A stretch of 64,000 nt of DNA from Candidatus Poribacteria bacterium. Its GTDB lineage: Bacteria > Poribacteria > WGA-4E > WGA-3G. This document shows, piece after piece, positions 30,655 through 40,380 of this stretch. The stretch covers positions 416,147-480,146 of the forward strand of contig CBDBFU010000014.1 in assembly GCA_965205025.1 (NCBI GenBank), in the 5' to 3' direction. Under the pieces are notes generated by a model, which had not been told where the DNA came from, searched no databases, and saw nothing but the letters and a program-made list of their open reading frames with translations. The translations under genes and the position numbers were made by a program. The stretch's first letter is position 1; every line of letters begins with the position of its first letter.

Positions 30655-30992
30655 CGGTTTTCTCCTTCACAAGGCAAGTTTCTTGAGGGTAATGATAACA
30701 TACAATACGCCCTGATTTCAACGGAATGTAGGAGTGATCACCAGATCCCGACTGCTCTACTTATGGTTTGTTCATCCTCTATGTTCCGTTCCAGGATTGG
30801 AACTGTTGGTGTAAGCAGTTTTAGGAGTTACTCATCAGCTTGCCTTCACAATCCTACATTCTTTGCGATATACCTCACAATAGTCTGAATCGCGGATTAC
30901 GCGGATGACATGGATTTCGCGGATTAGTGTTCTGTACAATCAAGTAATCTGCAAAGCGGAGAATTGAATAACGTTATCTGTGGGACAGCGGC

Positions 30993-31214
30993 TTAACTTG
31001 ATAGATCACAAGTATGTGGTGTTATTTGAGGTACAACGGTATCTACTTCTTGAATGGCATGCCAATCAATCACCGCAGTCCACAACTTTTCTTCTTCTGA
31101 GTAGTGAACAACACCTTCAGCCTCCAGTTCTTCGCTATAGATGATAAGGGATTGTCCCTCTTTTGAATCATTTTTGCTTTCCACGATCTCGCTCCAGCGG
31201 AGTGCTCTGTCCAT
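30993..31214 (-). pseudogene. Probable 5'-truncated small hypothetical gene
   Basis: C-terminal EGQSLIIYSEELEAEGVVHYSEEEKLWTAVIDW looks protein-like, N-terminus does not; no clear RBS. Confidence 0.45.
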
Positions 31215-31253
31215 AGAGAGGTAAAAGGACTGGAAGATGTCAACATCCGTTTG

Positions 31254-31646
31254 TTACACAACCCATGATTGTATACGATCTGCGATGACCGTAATATTGG
31301 TGATAGTGCCATCCGCAATCTTAAAACCGAGGTCAATAATCGAATCATCAAGATCTAGCAACAAGAAGTACCCGTTTATGTTTAAAAACAAAAGCATGCA
31401 ATGCATACCAATACGCTTATTCCCATCCAAAAATATGTGTCCGGTAATGATATGATGTGCATAAACAGCGGCTTTTTGGAATATAGTTGGATAAAATTCT
31501 ATATCTCCAAATTTCCCGCCAACCGCTTCAACCAAATAGTGTAACTGATTTTCCTTGAGCACCTGATAGTCGTCTACGTAGTCTATGGCAACTTTCAGGA
31601 TATCCTCAATTGTCAAATATCTTATAAGTTGTCGAGGGCTTTCCAT
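31254..31646 (-). CDS. doc: Doc (Fic/Doc family) toxin
   Basis: FYPTIFQKAA, HIFLDGNKRIG (Doc-type HxFxDGNKR); 130 aa. Confidence 0.88.
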   Translation of the reverse strand: MESPRQLIRYLTIEDILKVAIDYVDDYQVLKENQLHYLVEAVGGKFGDIEFYPTIFQKAAVYAHHIITGHIFLDGNKRIGMHCMLLFLNINGYFLLLDLDDSIIDLGFKIADGTITNITVIADRIQSWVV

Positions 31647-33547
31647 GCGCGATCGTAGTCTTGTAGTATTCCATCCGAGGTGATAATAACATCAACCCCC
31701 ATATTTCTGGCAGTTGTCAAGTCTGATTTGGCTTTTTCTCGTTCTCCGAGGCGTAGAAATACTCCGCCCCGACTGTAATAAGCATCAGCATAATCGGGAT
31801 CGAAGTCTATTGCTTTTGTATAGTCTTCAATGGCACGTTCAACCTCACCTATTTTGCTGTAAGTTTGCCCACGATTGTAATGGGCAACAGCATAATCGGG
31901 TTTAAGTACTATTGCCTGACTGAAGTCTCGGATGGCGATCTCAAAATCGCCTTTTTTCAAGTAAGTAGCACCCCGATTACTATAGGCTTCGGCGTAGCGT
32001 GAGTTATGTTGTATTGCAGTGTTATAGTTTTGTATTGCATTGTCCAACTCACCTTTCTTCAGATAAATATTACCGCGGTTGTTATAGGCATCGGCATAAT
32101 CAGGTTGTAGGTCTATCGCAATGTTATAGTCTTGTATAGCTGTGTCCAACTCACCTTTTTTCATGTAAGCGACCCCACGATTGTTATAGACCTTGGCATC
32201 ATCAGGGTTAAGTTGTATGGCTTGGGTATAATCTTGAATAGCTTGGTTAAAATCGCCTTTTCTCTGGTAAGCGTTTCCACGATTTTTATAGGCCGCGGCA
32301 TCATCTGGTTGAAGTTTTATAGAGATGTTGTAGTCATTGATAGCACTATCAAAATCTCTTTTTACTTCGTAGACATTACCTCGATGGTGATAAACCTCAG
32401 CAAAATCGGGTTTCAATTCAATCGCTTTGGTGTAGTCTCTGATGGCATTATCAAGTTCGCCTTTGTCAGCGTAAGCATTACCACGATTGTTATAGGCATT
32501 GGGAAAATTAGCTCTCAATTCAATCGCTTTGGTGTAGTCTCTGATGGCATTCCCAAGTTCACCCTTGCCAGCGTAAGTAGCACCACGACCATTATAGGCG
32601 TCGGCAAGATAGGGTTGCAGTTGTATTGCTTTTGTATAGTCTCTGATGGCATTCCCAAGTTCACCGTTATCATCGTGAGCAATACCACGATTGTAATAGG
32701 CATTGGCAAAATCGGGTTTCAATTCAATCGCTTTGGTATAATGCTTAATAGATTTCTCATATTCTTCTCGTTTTAATTCAGAAGATGTTTCTTCATCGCC
32801 TCTATCTTGACAGGCAAAACCTTTATAAAACTCTGTGTAGGCATCCCCATGAATGGCTTGGTTTCTAATAAATCCGTGAAGGTCGTTATAGATGGTTTCT
32901 GTGAATGTAGTGTGATAATTCCGCAGGTGTTCCAGCATCGGTTGTTTTAGGTGTAACGGTATAATGATTATCTCGTCCTCACGCGGTTCAATAAATCCTT
33001 TTGGAGGTCTTATGAATACGCTTTTTTGGGTGATGACTCTATGCCGTGGGTTTCGAGGGTGCGCGATCATGCTTCTTATCTCATCTATTTTTTGAAGGAT
33101 AACTCGCCCGTCTTCCTCATTATGACCGTCGCAAGCAAAGAAAAGGGCAATAAAGTAGTCGGTTGTGAAGTCAATGAGGTTTGTTTTACCACCATAATGC
33201 TGGATTTCAGTAAGAATTTCAAAATCTATCGCTTCCTGTGTGGACTCGTCTACCGTATTCGGTGATGCTAAGACATCCAGACGAAAGTCATGGGGGAGGT
33301 CCCCCGTATGTTTTTTCGCAGCAGCTAGCATCTCTTTTTGTACGAGTTCTATATCAAAGTGTTCCTCTTCAATGCTGTATTCGCGCCAAAGATTTGAAGA
33401 TACTTTCCCATTGTATGGATGTTCTTTATGTAGTTTACGTTCACCACGATAGATATAACCGCCACCTTTCGATTTTGTCTCTATCTCGCGGATGATGTCT
33501 TCAATTGTCTGTGATTTATCATTTAAGGTACTGGATTGATTTGACAT
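31622..33547 (-). CDS. FRG-domain + TPR-array protein with a short antitoxin-like C-terminal helix
   Basis: FRG motifs YIYRGE, QHYGGKTNLIDFT..YFIALFFAC, RVITQKSVF; about 10 TPRs; AGGAAGG RBS upstream. Confidence 0.85.
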   Translation of the reverse strand: MSNQSSTLNDKSQTIEDIIREIETKSKGGGYIYRGERKLHKEHPYNGKVSSNLWREYSIEEEHFDIELVQKEMLAAAKKHTGDLPHDFRLDVLASPNTVDESTQEAIDFEILTEIQHYGGKTNLIDFTTDYFIALFFACDGHNEEDGRVILQKIDEIRSMIAHPRNPRHRVITQKSVFIRPPKGFIEPREDEIIIIPLHLKQPMLEHLRNYHTTFTETIYNDLHGFIRNQAIHGDAYTEFYKGFACQDRGDEETSSELKREEYEKSIKHYTKAIELKPDFANAYYNRGIAHDDNGELGNAIRDYTKAIQLQPYLADAYNGRGATYAGKGELGNAIRDYTKAIELRANFPNAYNNRGNAYADKGELDNAIRDYTKAIELKPDFAEVYHHRGNVYEVKRDFDSAINDYNISIKLQPDDAAAYKNRGNAYQRKGDFNQAIQDYTQAIQLNPDDAKVYNNRGVAYMKKGELDTAIQDYNIAIDLQPDYADAYNNRGNIYLKKGELDNAIQNYNTAIQHNSRYAEAYSNRGATYLKKGDFEIAIRDFSQAIVLKPDYAVAHYNRGQTYSKIGEVERAIEDYTKAIDFDPDYADAYYSRGGVFLRLGEREKAKSDLTTARNMGVDVIITSDGILQDYDRAWKALDNL

Positions 33548-33750
33548 TTTCGTTCACCTTCCTAATGGAAACTTCTTTCTGTATGAAATCTTCCGATTTT
33601 CTGATTTTCGGATTACACAAATTAACACGGATTTATACCCTTGTTTATCAAATCGGTTTAACGATAGACAACAAAACGCGATCAAACAGAAAAATAAAAT
33701 TCCGTGTAATCTGGGTTTCATATAACTTGTATAATTTGATTGTTTGAAAA

Positions 33751-34260
33751 TCAACGATTAACAGTAACGTATTGATTGTGTTTCAATTGAGTTTTCTTTA
33801 TAGGATATTCAGGACTTTCTTTTACTTGTTCCCTAATTTTACGGAAAAATCCTAATTCATCCTCACGAACATAACGCCAAGATTGTGGAACAGTGAAGTT
33901 TGGAATCTCATTTCTCAATTCACTTAGGGGTACTGGTTTCTGAACTTCCCATACTTTTGTAATTTCAAAGGCATAAGCAACAGTTTTTCCTTCAAAATAA
34001 GAATCAAAGTCCTGTTTCTTTACCTGAGCCAAGTTTTCCACCATACTCCAAATTTGTTGAGGTGTTCCTGTCCAAAAATCTCCTACACGAAACCCACCAC
34101 GTAGGGCCATTGTAGGACTAGAAACATATACAAAAACGTCTCGGTTCTGTATGTGTAAGGCAATGCGACGGCGTAGCTCAGCTGTTTTAAGTTCCATAAA
34201 AACTAAGTCCGCATAACAGGGCTTCAAGGAAAGAATTATAGGTTGTATTATTGCTTTCAT
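33751..34260 (-). CDS. ASCH/PUA-domain protein
   Basis: ILSLKP.Y...V....K.AELRR, YVSSP, PQSWRY. Confidence 0.85.
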   Translation of the reverse strand: MKAIIQPIILSLKPCYADLVFMELKTAELRRRIALHIQNRDVFVYVSSPTMALRGGFRVGDFWTGTPQQIWSMVENLAQVKKQDFDSYFEGKTVAYAFEITKVWEVQKPVPLSELRNEIPNFTVPQSWRYVREDELGFFRKIREQVKESPEYPIKKTQLKHNQYVTVNR

Positions 34261-36275
34261 TATAAGTTGGGATATCCTTTCTGAAATAACTCGTGAAATA
34301 TTTCTGGTGTGACTTTTGATGGAGCTTGCAAAAATAGTCCTGTGTTGTTCTGGTTGTAAATATCTCTTAGTTCATCCAATAAAATTGGCTTCCTAAAGGG
34401 AAACGTGTGCGAAAACTTTAAAGCCATAAGTTCTTTTATCGGATCGCCATTACACATTTTAAAAATGTCTCTCCATTCCAATATCCCGAATTTTTTGAAT
34501 TTTCTGAAAAGTTCTTTAGCTGAGTCAATTACGACCTCGTCAAGAGTAGAAACAGCCACGATTTCTTTTTTTCTTCCGGTGACGTACCATAAAATCCGGG
34601 CTGGGGCAACAAGCATTTTATGGAGATTTTTTGATCGATAATACACGTTATTCCAACGCAGTAAGATTTGCGGATTCCCTCCAATCAGACTGTTAGAGGA
34701 CTGCTCTCTGTCAATGAGACCCATTGCGTAGTGGGGTCGAATTGGTATCAAAAAATAATTCTGATCAACACAATCCAAAACAAGGGGAGAACAACGCCGT
34801 TCAAGTTCAATATTTGACATTGCCTGATAAATGCCTTCAAATTCAGGATTTAATTCTGATATCAATGCCAAGGTTTCCGTACGGCTTAGGTAACTTGAAA
34901 AGCAAAATCTAACGAAACTTTTATCTTGTTCTATAAATCCCATCTCTATTAGGTCTGGTATTAAACTGGGTGTGAGTGAAGAAGTATCGAACTTGACAAT
35001 TTCAATATTCTTTTCAACTGCCTTGGAGACGGTATCTGCAATTAAAAAACGTCCGAATAATGAACCTTTGACAGAAGTTGCTATTCTTGCTAAGGGAACA
35101 TTGAGTATTTTGCTGGAGTTCCTCATCAATATTCGAATGGCAATAATATCATCACCTGATCGGAGGAGTTCACATTCGGATTCATTAGTCTGAACAATTA
35201 ACGATTCCAAAATTTCTCTTAACTTACCTTTTCTTTCACGATTTTTTTGGAAGGAAGCAAAAGGGAAATCAATTAAGTCTTTAGACATTAAGCGTTCCCA
35301 GCGAAGATTTAATCCTGCAATACGTTTTGGTGCGTAGGATTGTCCTTCATTCAATTCATGAAGTTGTATTATTAATTGAGCAGGATTCACTACCTTGATT
35401 CCTGTCGCGTCATAAATTTTCTTTGAATCCTTCAACAGATTACTGTCTCGGGTAACAAAAGTCTTCACATCAGAAGCAGCAGATTTTGCTAATTGTCTAA
35501 TATCAGATTCTTGGCTAGGTTTATTACGGGGAAGAAAGTCATTTAAAAGTGCTTCATACTCCTCAACTAAATTTGGCTCATATTCTATTTTAGGAAAATT
35601 CTGTGCTCTACTTCGAGATCTTTTACGCTTTATGGGATCTTCTTGCCGGTCAATCTCATTCAAGAGTTCATCAGTAATCCATAGGTCAAGAGAATCTACC
35701 AAGAAGTCAGCAAGGAGTGTTTTAGCTGGCATGGATTTGTCACTATCTGGTTCATCGAAGTCAAAGAAGAGTTGGGCATCAATTATAATATCAAGGGCAT
35801 CTGTTGATGTTTTTCCTTGAAAGAGTTCTAATTGCTCATCCTGTGCCAAGGTAAGTTGCCAGATTGTCAAAATGTTATCAGCTTTGGATCGACTAGGTTT
35901 TTCACCTAAAGCCACGAACCGTAATTTTGGCCACATAACATGTGCTGGATAATCACGGCGGCAATTGAGTTTTATAGATTTTTGAGTGGTGGCAGAATTC
36001 TTTAATTCATTAATCAGTTTTCTGGCGATACCATGGCCTCGGTGTTCTTCTGTTACACAAAGATGAGTAATTCTAAAGTAGTTTATGCGATCCGCATAGA
36101 GTAAGTAACCAACAAGATTCCCATTATCAGTTTTGACCCCTAGCACACTTCCTTTGTCAAGATAACTTTGCAGAGCTTCTCTTGGAAGAAAACCAAGCGT
36201 TCGACTGTAACGTTTCATTAACTCGTCTACTGAGTTTAAATCGATTGAGGAAAGTTGTGAAATTGTTACGTTCAT
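34260..36275 (-). CDS. GNAT-PIN-(PUA/EVE-like) multidomain protein
   Basis: GNAT HLCVTEEHRGHGIA; PIN IIDAQ, ELLNE, SDIRQL, FVTRD; C-terminal LIPIRP.Y, NVYYRS, RILWYVT; start taken at MNVTIS, downstream of a TTGACA-17-TATATT promoter. Confidence 0.8.
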   Translation of the reverse strand: MNVTISQLSSIDLNSVDELMKRYSRTLGFLPREALQSYLDKGSVLGVKTDNGNLVGYLLYADRINYFRITHLCVTEEHRGHGIARKLINELKNSATTQKSIKLNCRRDYPAHVMWPKLRFVALGEKPSRSKADNILTIWQLTLAQDEQLELFQGKTSTDALDIIIDAQLFFDFDEPDSDKSMPAKTLLADFLVDSLDLWITDELLNEIDRQEDPIKRKRSRSRAQNFPKIEYEPNLVEEYEALLNDFLPRNKPSQESDIRQLAKSAASDVKTFVTRDSNLLKDSKKIYDATGIKVVNPAQLIIQLHELNEGQSYAPKRIAGLNLRWERLMSKDLIDFPFASFQKNRERKGKLREILESLIVQTNESECELLRSGDDIIAIRILMRNSSKILNVPLARIATSVKGSLFGRFLIADTVSKAVEKNIEIVKFDTSSLTPSLIPDLIEMGFIEQDKSFVRFCFSSYLSRTETLALISELNPEFEGIYQAMSNIELERRCSPLVLDCVDQNYFLIPIRPHYAMGLIDREQSSNSLIGGNPQILLRWNNVYYRSKNLHKMLVAPARILWYVTGRKKEIVAVSTLDEVVIDSAKELFRKFKKFGILEWRDIFKMCNGDPIKELMALKFSHTFPFRKPILLDELRDIYNQNNTGLFLQAPSKVTPEIFHELFQKGYPNL

Positions 36276-36399
36276 ATAATAGTTAATATTAATATAACAC
36301 AATATTTTAGTTGTGTCAAACTTTTTTAGGTATATCAGTCAAAAAATCGTCATCGGGAACATAAACATGATAATTCAAAGTTCCTTACATATCCAGGAT

Positions 36400-39300
36400 T
36401 CAGACAACATCCTCCACAATAGCAATCTCATCTTTCGTTAAATCATACAACGCATACACCAGCTTATCAATCTCATTTTCAAGGTCGGAAGTGTCGGCAT
36501 CGGGGTTGGTTTGTTTAGCAGCAAGTATCTGATCGACTAATCCAATAAAAGATTGTTGCTGTGAGGCAGGAATCTTAACAACAGGCAATTTCTCTAAAGC
36601 ATGTTGGTTGTATTGGTATCCCTTTTTACCAAGCACGGTTCCGCCATAATATTGCTTGTAAGCGAATGTCATTAGAATAGAACTCAGCAACCCAACTAAC
36701 AATTTTAAATCACTACCGGTTATCATAAAACAAGTCTTCTCTATAAAATATTTTCCATCATCGTAGAAAAAGTTGGCGGTGTGTGTTGTTTCAGGATAGA
36801 TAATTTTTTCTTTTTCAAATGCTGAATGGTAAGCACAATGTCTAAGATTATAAGGTGTGTGTCCCTTGTCTCTTCGTTTTTGAAGTTGGGTGTAAAAGCT
36901 ATCTAAATGTCTTTTAACTATTGGATAATTGTTTACTTCAATTGCTGGAACATTTGCATATCCGTTATGTGTTACTATCATCCATAATCCAGACCAATTA
37001 GCTTGATAACGCTTAATATCTCGTCCTTTTAGAACGGGCTTAATAATTTCAACGGACTTGGGGTCGGCTGCTATCAGTGCCTCCTTTGTTTGATTATCAA
37101 TAAGAAAGGCAGTGTTATAACCTGTCTTGATTCCATAGTTGATACTTATATCCCATTCCTTAAGCGGAACACCGATGTCCTCTATTTTATGTTTCAAGCT
37201 AAGTTCAGCAGATGAGAGAATTGCCCACGGTTCACCTTTATCGGGGACATCCATCGTTGAGCCATAATCAGTTAGATATTGGGTAATATTACCTGTTTGC
37301 CTATCAAAATCAGTACCGATGGATACACCGCTGAAAGTATCAGGAACATCAGAAACGGTGTTTTGGAATAACAGAATATTCGTGTCCACTGTGGCATCAA
37401 AAACATCAGGTCCCATATCCAACAATTGAATTGGTTGGATATGGGTAATAAAATAATCTCTCAACTTTTTACCATATCCTGCACGCATCCATTTGTTAGA
37501 AGTAATGAAACAGAGGTGTCCTTTTCTATTTAAAAGTTTGTGTCCCTTTTCATAGAATAGACAATAAATATCACCCATCCTTGTAAAAGAGTCAAATTCG
37601 CAAGGTTGATATAAATCTGCTAATCTTCCTCCATCTCTTTGAAGTTGAATATAGGGTGGATTCCCGATTACCATATCAAACCCATCTGTGTTACCAAACA
37701 TCCATTCTGGATCAAACCAATCTGCAGATACGTTTTGATCATAAATGTCCCATTGTGCTATTTTCTCAGCCTCATCTGAGAGCATACCCAATGCTTGTAG
37801 TTCTTCTCCTAATTCTGCACGTAATCTTTCGTCTTCTTCTTTACATTTTCGTTTCTTTTGTCGTGTGGTGGCATGAAAGTGTTGTTCTCGGTTGTTTCGC
37901 AATTCTCGTTCTAAATCAACCACCCTTTGATTCGTAAATGTTCGTTGACTACTGAAACCTATCAACGTATTCGCAGCAATAAACCGCGTCTCTAAGTTCG
38001 GCAAAGGTTTGATGCCGAAATTCTCCGCATCTCTGTCCGATTCCTGTTCAATAGCAAGTGAGATAAAAAATCGGAGTTTGGCGATTTGGCACGCGATCGG
38101 TTGGATGTCTACACCGAAGATACTGTTTTGAATTAAGTATAATTTTCGTCCAAAGTCAGAATCTCGGTATCGCTCAAATGTATCACTGATTTCCGTGAGT
38201 TCCTCATTTCGTTCCTGTTGATTTTGCGTGTTGTAGGCTTTTTCAGAACGGACAATTGCCATGTTCCTTTGTAGTGCTTCCCAACGTGTATTATCAGGAT
38301 CAAGTCTCCTGAGTGCGAGTGTCAATTTGTGGAGAACTCCCATCGGAAACGCACCGGAACCGACTGCGGGATCCAATATTTTGAGATTAGAGATTGTTTT
38401 GACAATAGCGTCTATTTCTTGGTCGTCAAACCATTCGCTTGCATCATCAGAAGCCTTTGTATAGTCAAAAAGATAGTGTAACCGTTTCTCCCATGGTATA
38501 TCATTATCATCAACGGGTTGGCACTCTACGGCTATGGTAGCAACCAACGCTTCATCAACCATATAATCCACAATTGTGCGGGGTGTGTAGTAGGAACCTG
38601 TCTGTTTTCGTGCAGTTTCTCCCGTTTCCGGATTGTACGCAGCAAGTAGGTTTTCGAACACTCTACCGAGTAGCTCTGGATCAAGTGCAACTTCCTGATC
38701 TATCGGTGTGTTTTCCTCAACAGTAAACTTATAGTGTTGAAGTAGAGGAATTAAGCCATCCTTATGAAAAAAGAGACGGTTTGGAATGCTTACCCCATGG
38801 TATTGATTATCAGAAAAGCAATCTATGCGGTAACTATCATCACCTGTTGCTTCCCAAGAATCCAAACAATCAAACAATCCTCCATTGATAAAGGGTGTTT
38901 CAGCAAACAATTCCAATAATCTATCGGGATCTTCCATCTGTGCTTTGTAGCGGTATCGAGAGAAATCGCGATTGGTGGAATAACCTTCTGTGCTAAACTT
39001 ACGTCTGTCAATCTCTGTGTTTAATGTTGCGAAAAAGAGGTTTTGAAGGACGGCACGATAATAGGAATCCCCATTCTCAAAATCATCTTCAACCAATAGT
39101 TCTTGTATTTGTGCTTTGTTGAACAACTCTTCGGTGACTAATCCTTTTTCCTTGATAAACCAGATAAACAGAAGACGCGTGATGAGACGGATTACATGTT
39201 CCTCTGCTTTTATAACTCGATTTCCTTCAGTCGGAAATCTTGCAGTCTCAACTGCCCATTCATACCATGTAAATAGTCTTCGGTAGAATTGTTTGTTGAG

Positions 39301-39993
39301 TTCTTCTGTGTCTAACTTTGCGAGCCATGCTGCTAACAAACCGTCAAAGTTTTGTGGTTGTCTGTTGTCGTCCATCCATTTAATGCACTTTTCAAGTGAG
39401 AGTTCTGAGAGGATTTCCAGATGTGCGCGATGCGGATCACGTTCGGTATGATTCAGGAGGATGTCTTTGATGAGGGTGACCTGTCCTAACACATCACGAC
39501 TCTCGTCTGTTATGTTTGGACGTCGATTAGCAAATGCAATTGTTAGAGATTCTCCTGCACGGAATATAATCACTGTTGGAGCAAAAAGTCGCTTATTGAT
39601 TTCCCTTGTGAATTCTGCATATTTGGTCCGTGAGTAGGTGTTATCTTTTAATTTAACAGCACAGAAAAGGAAACATTGTGTATTACCATTATCAAAATCT
39701 TTAGGTTCAAGAAGACTTAATTGTGGTTCATCAAGGATTTCGTCTTTAGTGAATTGGAAAATAATTTGTGCAGATTCGGTGTTATCACGGAAATGTTGTT
39801 CTGTTTTGGTGTTTGGGTTTTGTGCTGGGAATTCCTCAAAAAAGTCGTTCACAGTGCCTGAGAGTTCTAAGGTCAGATCGCTGCGGTACCCTAATGTTGA
39901 TAGGAGGTTTTTTGATTTTTCTAACAGATTTCCGTTTCGCATTTCTGCTAATGTGGATTTTATATCGTTTTGGTTCATAAATTGTATACCCAT
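36400..39993 (-). CDS. Large N6-adenine DNA methyltransferase (Eco57I/Type IIG-like, TaqI-C type TRD)
   Basis: TGSYYTP, ILDPAVGSGAF, GVDIQ, VIGNPPY, FITSNKWMRAGYG, C-terminal EIDKLVYALYDLT. Confidence 0.88.
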   Translation of the reverse strand: MGIQFMNQNDIKSTLAEMRNGNLLEKSKNLLSTLGYRSDLTLELSGTVNDFFEEFPAQNPNTKTEQHFRDNTESAQIIFQFTKDEILDEPQLSLLEPKDFDNGNTQCFLFCAVKLKDNTYSRTKYAEFTREINKRLFAPTVIIFRAGESLTIAFANRRPNITDESRDVLGQVTLIKDILLNHTERDPHRAHLEILSELSLEKCIKWMDDNRQPQNFDGLLAAWLAKLDTEELNKQFYRRLFTWYEWAVETARFPTEGNRVIKAEEHVIRLITRLLFIWFIKEKGLVTEELFNKAQIQELLVEDDFENGDSYYRAVLQNLFFATLNTEIDRRKFSTEGYSTNRDFSRYRYKAQMEDPDRLLELFAETPFINGGLFDCLDSWEATGDDSYRIDCFSDNQYHGVSIPNRLFFHKDGLIPLLQHYKFTVEENTPIDQEVALDPELLGRVFENLLAAYNPETGETARKQTGSYYTPRTIVDYMVDEALVATIAVECQPVDDNDIPWEKRLHYLFDYTKASDDASEWFDDQEIDAIVKTISNLKILDPAVGSGAFPMGVLHKLTLALRRLDPDNTRWEALQRNMAIVRSEKAYNTQNQQERNEELTEISDTFERYRDSDFGRKLYLIQNSIFGVDIQPIACQIAKLRFFISLAIEQESDRDAENFGIKPLPNLETRFIAANTLIGFSSQRTFTNQRVVDLERELRNNREQHFHATTRQKKRKCKEEDERLRAELGEELQALGMLSDEAEKIAQWDIYDQNVSADWFDPEWMFGNTDGFDMVIGNPPYIQLQRDGGRLADLYQPCEFDSFTRMGDIYCLFYEKGHKLLNRKGHLCFITSNKWMRAGYGKKLRDYFITHIQPIQLLDMGPDVFDATVDTNILLFQNTVSDVPDTFSGVSIGTDFDRQTGNITQYLTDYGSTMDVPDKGEPWAILSSAELSLKHKIEDIGVPLKEWDISINYGIKTGYNTAFLIDNQTKEALIAADPKSVEIIKPVLKGRDIKRYQANWSGLWMIVTHNGYANVPAIEVNNYPIVKRHLDSFYTQLQKRRDKGHTPYNLRHCAYHSAFEKEKIIYPETTHTANFFYDDGKYFIEKTCFMITGSDLKLLVGLLSSILMTFAYKQYYGGTVLGKKGYQYNQHALEKLPVVKIPASQQQSFIGLVDQILAAKQTNPDADTSDLENEIDKLVYALYDLTKDEIAIVEDVV

Positions 39994-40147
39994 ATAAACG
40001 TAGAAACGTTCTCAGAATTGTGAGCAGTATGAAGTCGGGAATCGGAGTTCCCTCCTACAGAATATAAGATTGGGATCGGAATACCTTCCCCAAGAGTTTA
40101 ATCCGTAATTGCCCTATCGGTCTGGGTAATCAGACACTACGAACCAT

Positions 40148-40180
40148 AAAAAAAGAGGATGGCAGTGTGTGCCACCCTTG
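40148..40180 (-). terminator. Intrinsic terminator downstream of the TA pair
   Basis: On the - strand: AGGGTGGCA-cacac-TGCCATCCT followed by CTTTTTTT. Confidence 0.6.
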
Positions 40181-40183
40181 TTA

Positions 40184-40294
40184 TACCACTTCTGATAATT
40201 AAAGTCTCTTTAATGTAGCATAAGCTTCCAGTTTGTGAAGTATTTCAAGACCCGTATAACAACTATTCATGAGATAACCATTCATAGAATGGTA
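40184..40294. mobile_element. 111-bp MITE copy (family of 1775-2014)
   Basis: TACCACTTCT...AGAATGGTA with TTA on both flanks; shares TCTCTTTAATGTAGCA...TTCCAGTTTGTG.AGTATTTCAAGAC with 1810-1856. Confidence 0.75.
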
Positions 40295-40380
40295 TTATTT
40301 TGGATTATTTAGGACGGTTTTAAGGTTTGGTGCTGTTGTATGCAAGCGGGTATCTTTTTTCCTTTTGTTGAAACGTAATG

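Noticed and set aside
29995-30888. 297-aa + strand ORF (also 32132-32776, 214 aa)
   Set aside because: Antisense shadows of TPR arrays; the periodic hydrophobic pattern is the reverse complement of TPR codons.
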